From contig NC_068982.1 in NCBI RefSeq assembly GCF_001194135.2, forward strand, positions 177,143,671 through 177,207,670: a stretch of 64,000 bases of DNA, read 5' to 3'. Positions 62,473 to 64,000 of this stretch are shown piece after piece. Position 1 is the stretch's first letter. Every line of letters begins with the position of its first letter. The DNA is from Octopus bimaculoides. Lineage: Eukaryota. Both the position numbers and the translations under genes were made by a program. The notes beneath the pieces were generated by a model. The model was not told the origin of the DNA. It did not search any database and saw only the letters and a list, made by a program, of their open reading frames with translations.

Positions 62473-62768
62473 TATGGTTATGAGTCCCGTCCCACTACTT
62501 GATTTATTAGTCAAGTGTCTTTTGCTATAGTATCGGGCTGACCAGAGCCTTGTGAGTGGTTTTAGAAGACAGAAACAGAAAGCCCGTTATGTGTGTGTGT
62601 GTGTGTGTGTGTGCGTGTGTACTTATTTGTGACACCACTGCCACTTGACAACTGGTGTTGTATTTACGTCCTCGAAACTTAGCGGTTTGGCAAAAGAAAA
62701 AGATTGACTAATTACCAGGCATTTAAAAAATAAGTGCTGGGGTCGATACATTCGACTAAAAGTCTTCA
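62473..62768 (+). mobile_element. SINE family A (decayed)
   Basis: caagtgtcttttgctatagtatcgggctgaccagagccttgtgagtgg, internal (TG)n, aataagtgctggggtcgat. Confidence 0.8.
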
Positions 62769-63149
62769 CGTAAACTGCTAACAAGAGATAACAATAAAAA
62801 CAACTATATAAAGGAACAAATAAAAGAAATCTAATGGGAAGTAAAGATAAAGTAGTTTTCCAGGAAATTGCTACTTGATAACTAATTAAATTATATATAA
62901 CAAATGGAAAAGATTGGTAGTGGAGAGATAGGGTGAGTTTAAGTTTAAAAATACAGTTTAATAAACTGTTACTAACTATTATATTTGCAGTTCAGTCTCT
63001 TGGAATTTCAACGTTCTTGCTGGTTTATTTGTTTCTTGGAACTAGGCTATTACTATCCATTCCAATGTGTAGATGCACACAAAGCCGCGCACACATACAC
63101 ACGCGCACATACATACATAAATATATACATGCATGCATGCATAAAAGAG

Positions 63150-64000
63150 CCTTGACCTGGTTACAACATCATCAAAGGATAGAGGGTTGAAGTTTGGCCA
63201 GGGTAAATGTAGCTATATGGGTGGGAAAAGAGGGAAAACAATAAACCAGGCTAGCAACATTTCCATCAATGACTTAACTGTTTCCCCTATACCTAACAAA
63301 GAATGTTACAGGTACCTTGGGATAGATGGAAACATATTTTCCGATGGCCCCTTTGACATGACACGCGTCACTAAAGAATATTACTGCTGAATACAGAAAA
63401 TATGGACCTCGGAACTTTCTGCATTCAATTAAACAGTGGCCTACAATGTGTTTTTATCGTGCCAGTACTCATACTAAAATAGGGACTACTTAATTGGACA
63501 CTTGATGAGATCCGAGTTATTGATGTGAAACCTGGAAGATAATACTCTGCACACTTAAACTCCACATCAACGAAAACAAGGCGGCAGAATCTTAACATCG
63601 ATCCAAAATGCCCTTGAAATTCGTATCATATCCGTTCAACAACATCTATTAACCACCCAGCGTCGGAGTGCATTCCTTGACCAAGTTTGCATACATGAAG
63701 CTGATAACATCATAAGACTTGAAAAGCATCTACTTGAGCAGCACTCCTTGTCTGATAACCTTGAATACATGCGCAAAGATGTCACACGACTCTACCGCAA
63801 TGTATCAGATGAAAGGATGAGCGTATATCAGCAGAAGACCATTGGCATGTCAGTAGTAAACTCCGAGATGATAGTAACATTGATCATCAAATCGGTCTAT
63901 CATGAGCCAATAACCGGATTATTACTTCTCACTTTGAAGTGTATGCGTTTTCACCCTAAAAACAGCAAATATCAACCAAATAACTTATACACAAAAGAGA
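63150..64000 (+). mobile_element. R4-like RLE non-LTR retrotransposon, RT C-terminal part (probably family Y; runs off the window)
   Basis: KFGQGKC...CYRYLGIDGNI...RVTKEYY, IWTSELSAFN, NWTLDEIRVIDVK and QGGRIL are typical of R4-clade RT thumb regions. Confidence 0.8.

Noticed and set aside
1-64000. CRISPR array, Fanzor/TnpB-like nuclease, telomeric array, rRNA
   Set aside because: No repeat-spacer periodicity, no RuvC/zinc-ribbon motif set, no TTAGGG tract and no rRNA-like sequence was seen. This was by eye only; an HMM search would be decisive for decayed nucleases.

Overview
AT-rich, repeat-saturated animal genomic DNA, probably coleoid cephalopod (Octopus-type). That assignment is inferred from the tRNA-SINE families and the extreme (TA)n/(CA)n/(TAA)n load; I could not run a search. 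The assembly is gappy, with many N runs mostly flanked by (TA)n. No intact host gene, rRNA, true tRNA or CRISPR is supported, and nearly all supplied ORFs are microsatellite or gap artefacts. What can be recognised is decayed mobile DNA: at least six Penelope-like (PLE) fragments; RLE-type non-LTR fragments (one R4/Dong-like copy sitting in (TAA)n, one HERO-like, three pieces of another R4-like family); a Tx1/L1-clade LINE; Tc1, mariner and hAT remnants; Helitron pieces; and several tRNA-derived SINE families (labelled A-D here). The most interesting signal is a set of minimal type I hammerhead-ribozyme motifs. One folds well (41878-41938, minus strand) and several are decayed. Some lie at or near the centre of long fold-back (palindromic) elements close to PLE remnants, which suggests a hairpin/ribozyme class of non-autonomous retroelements.
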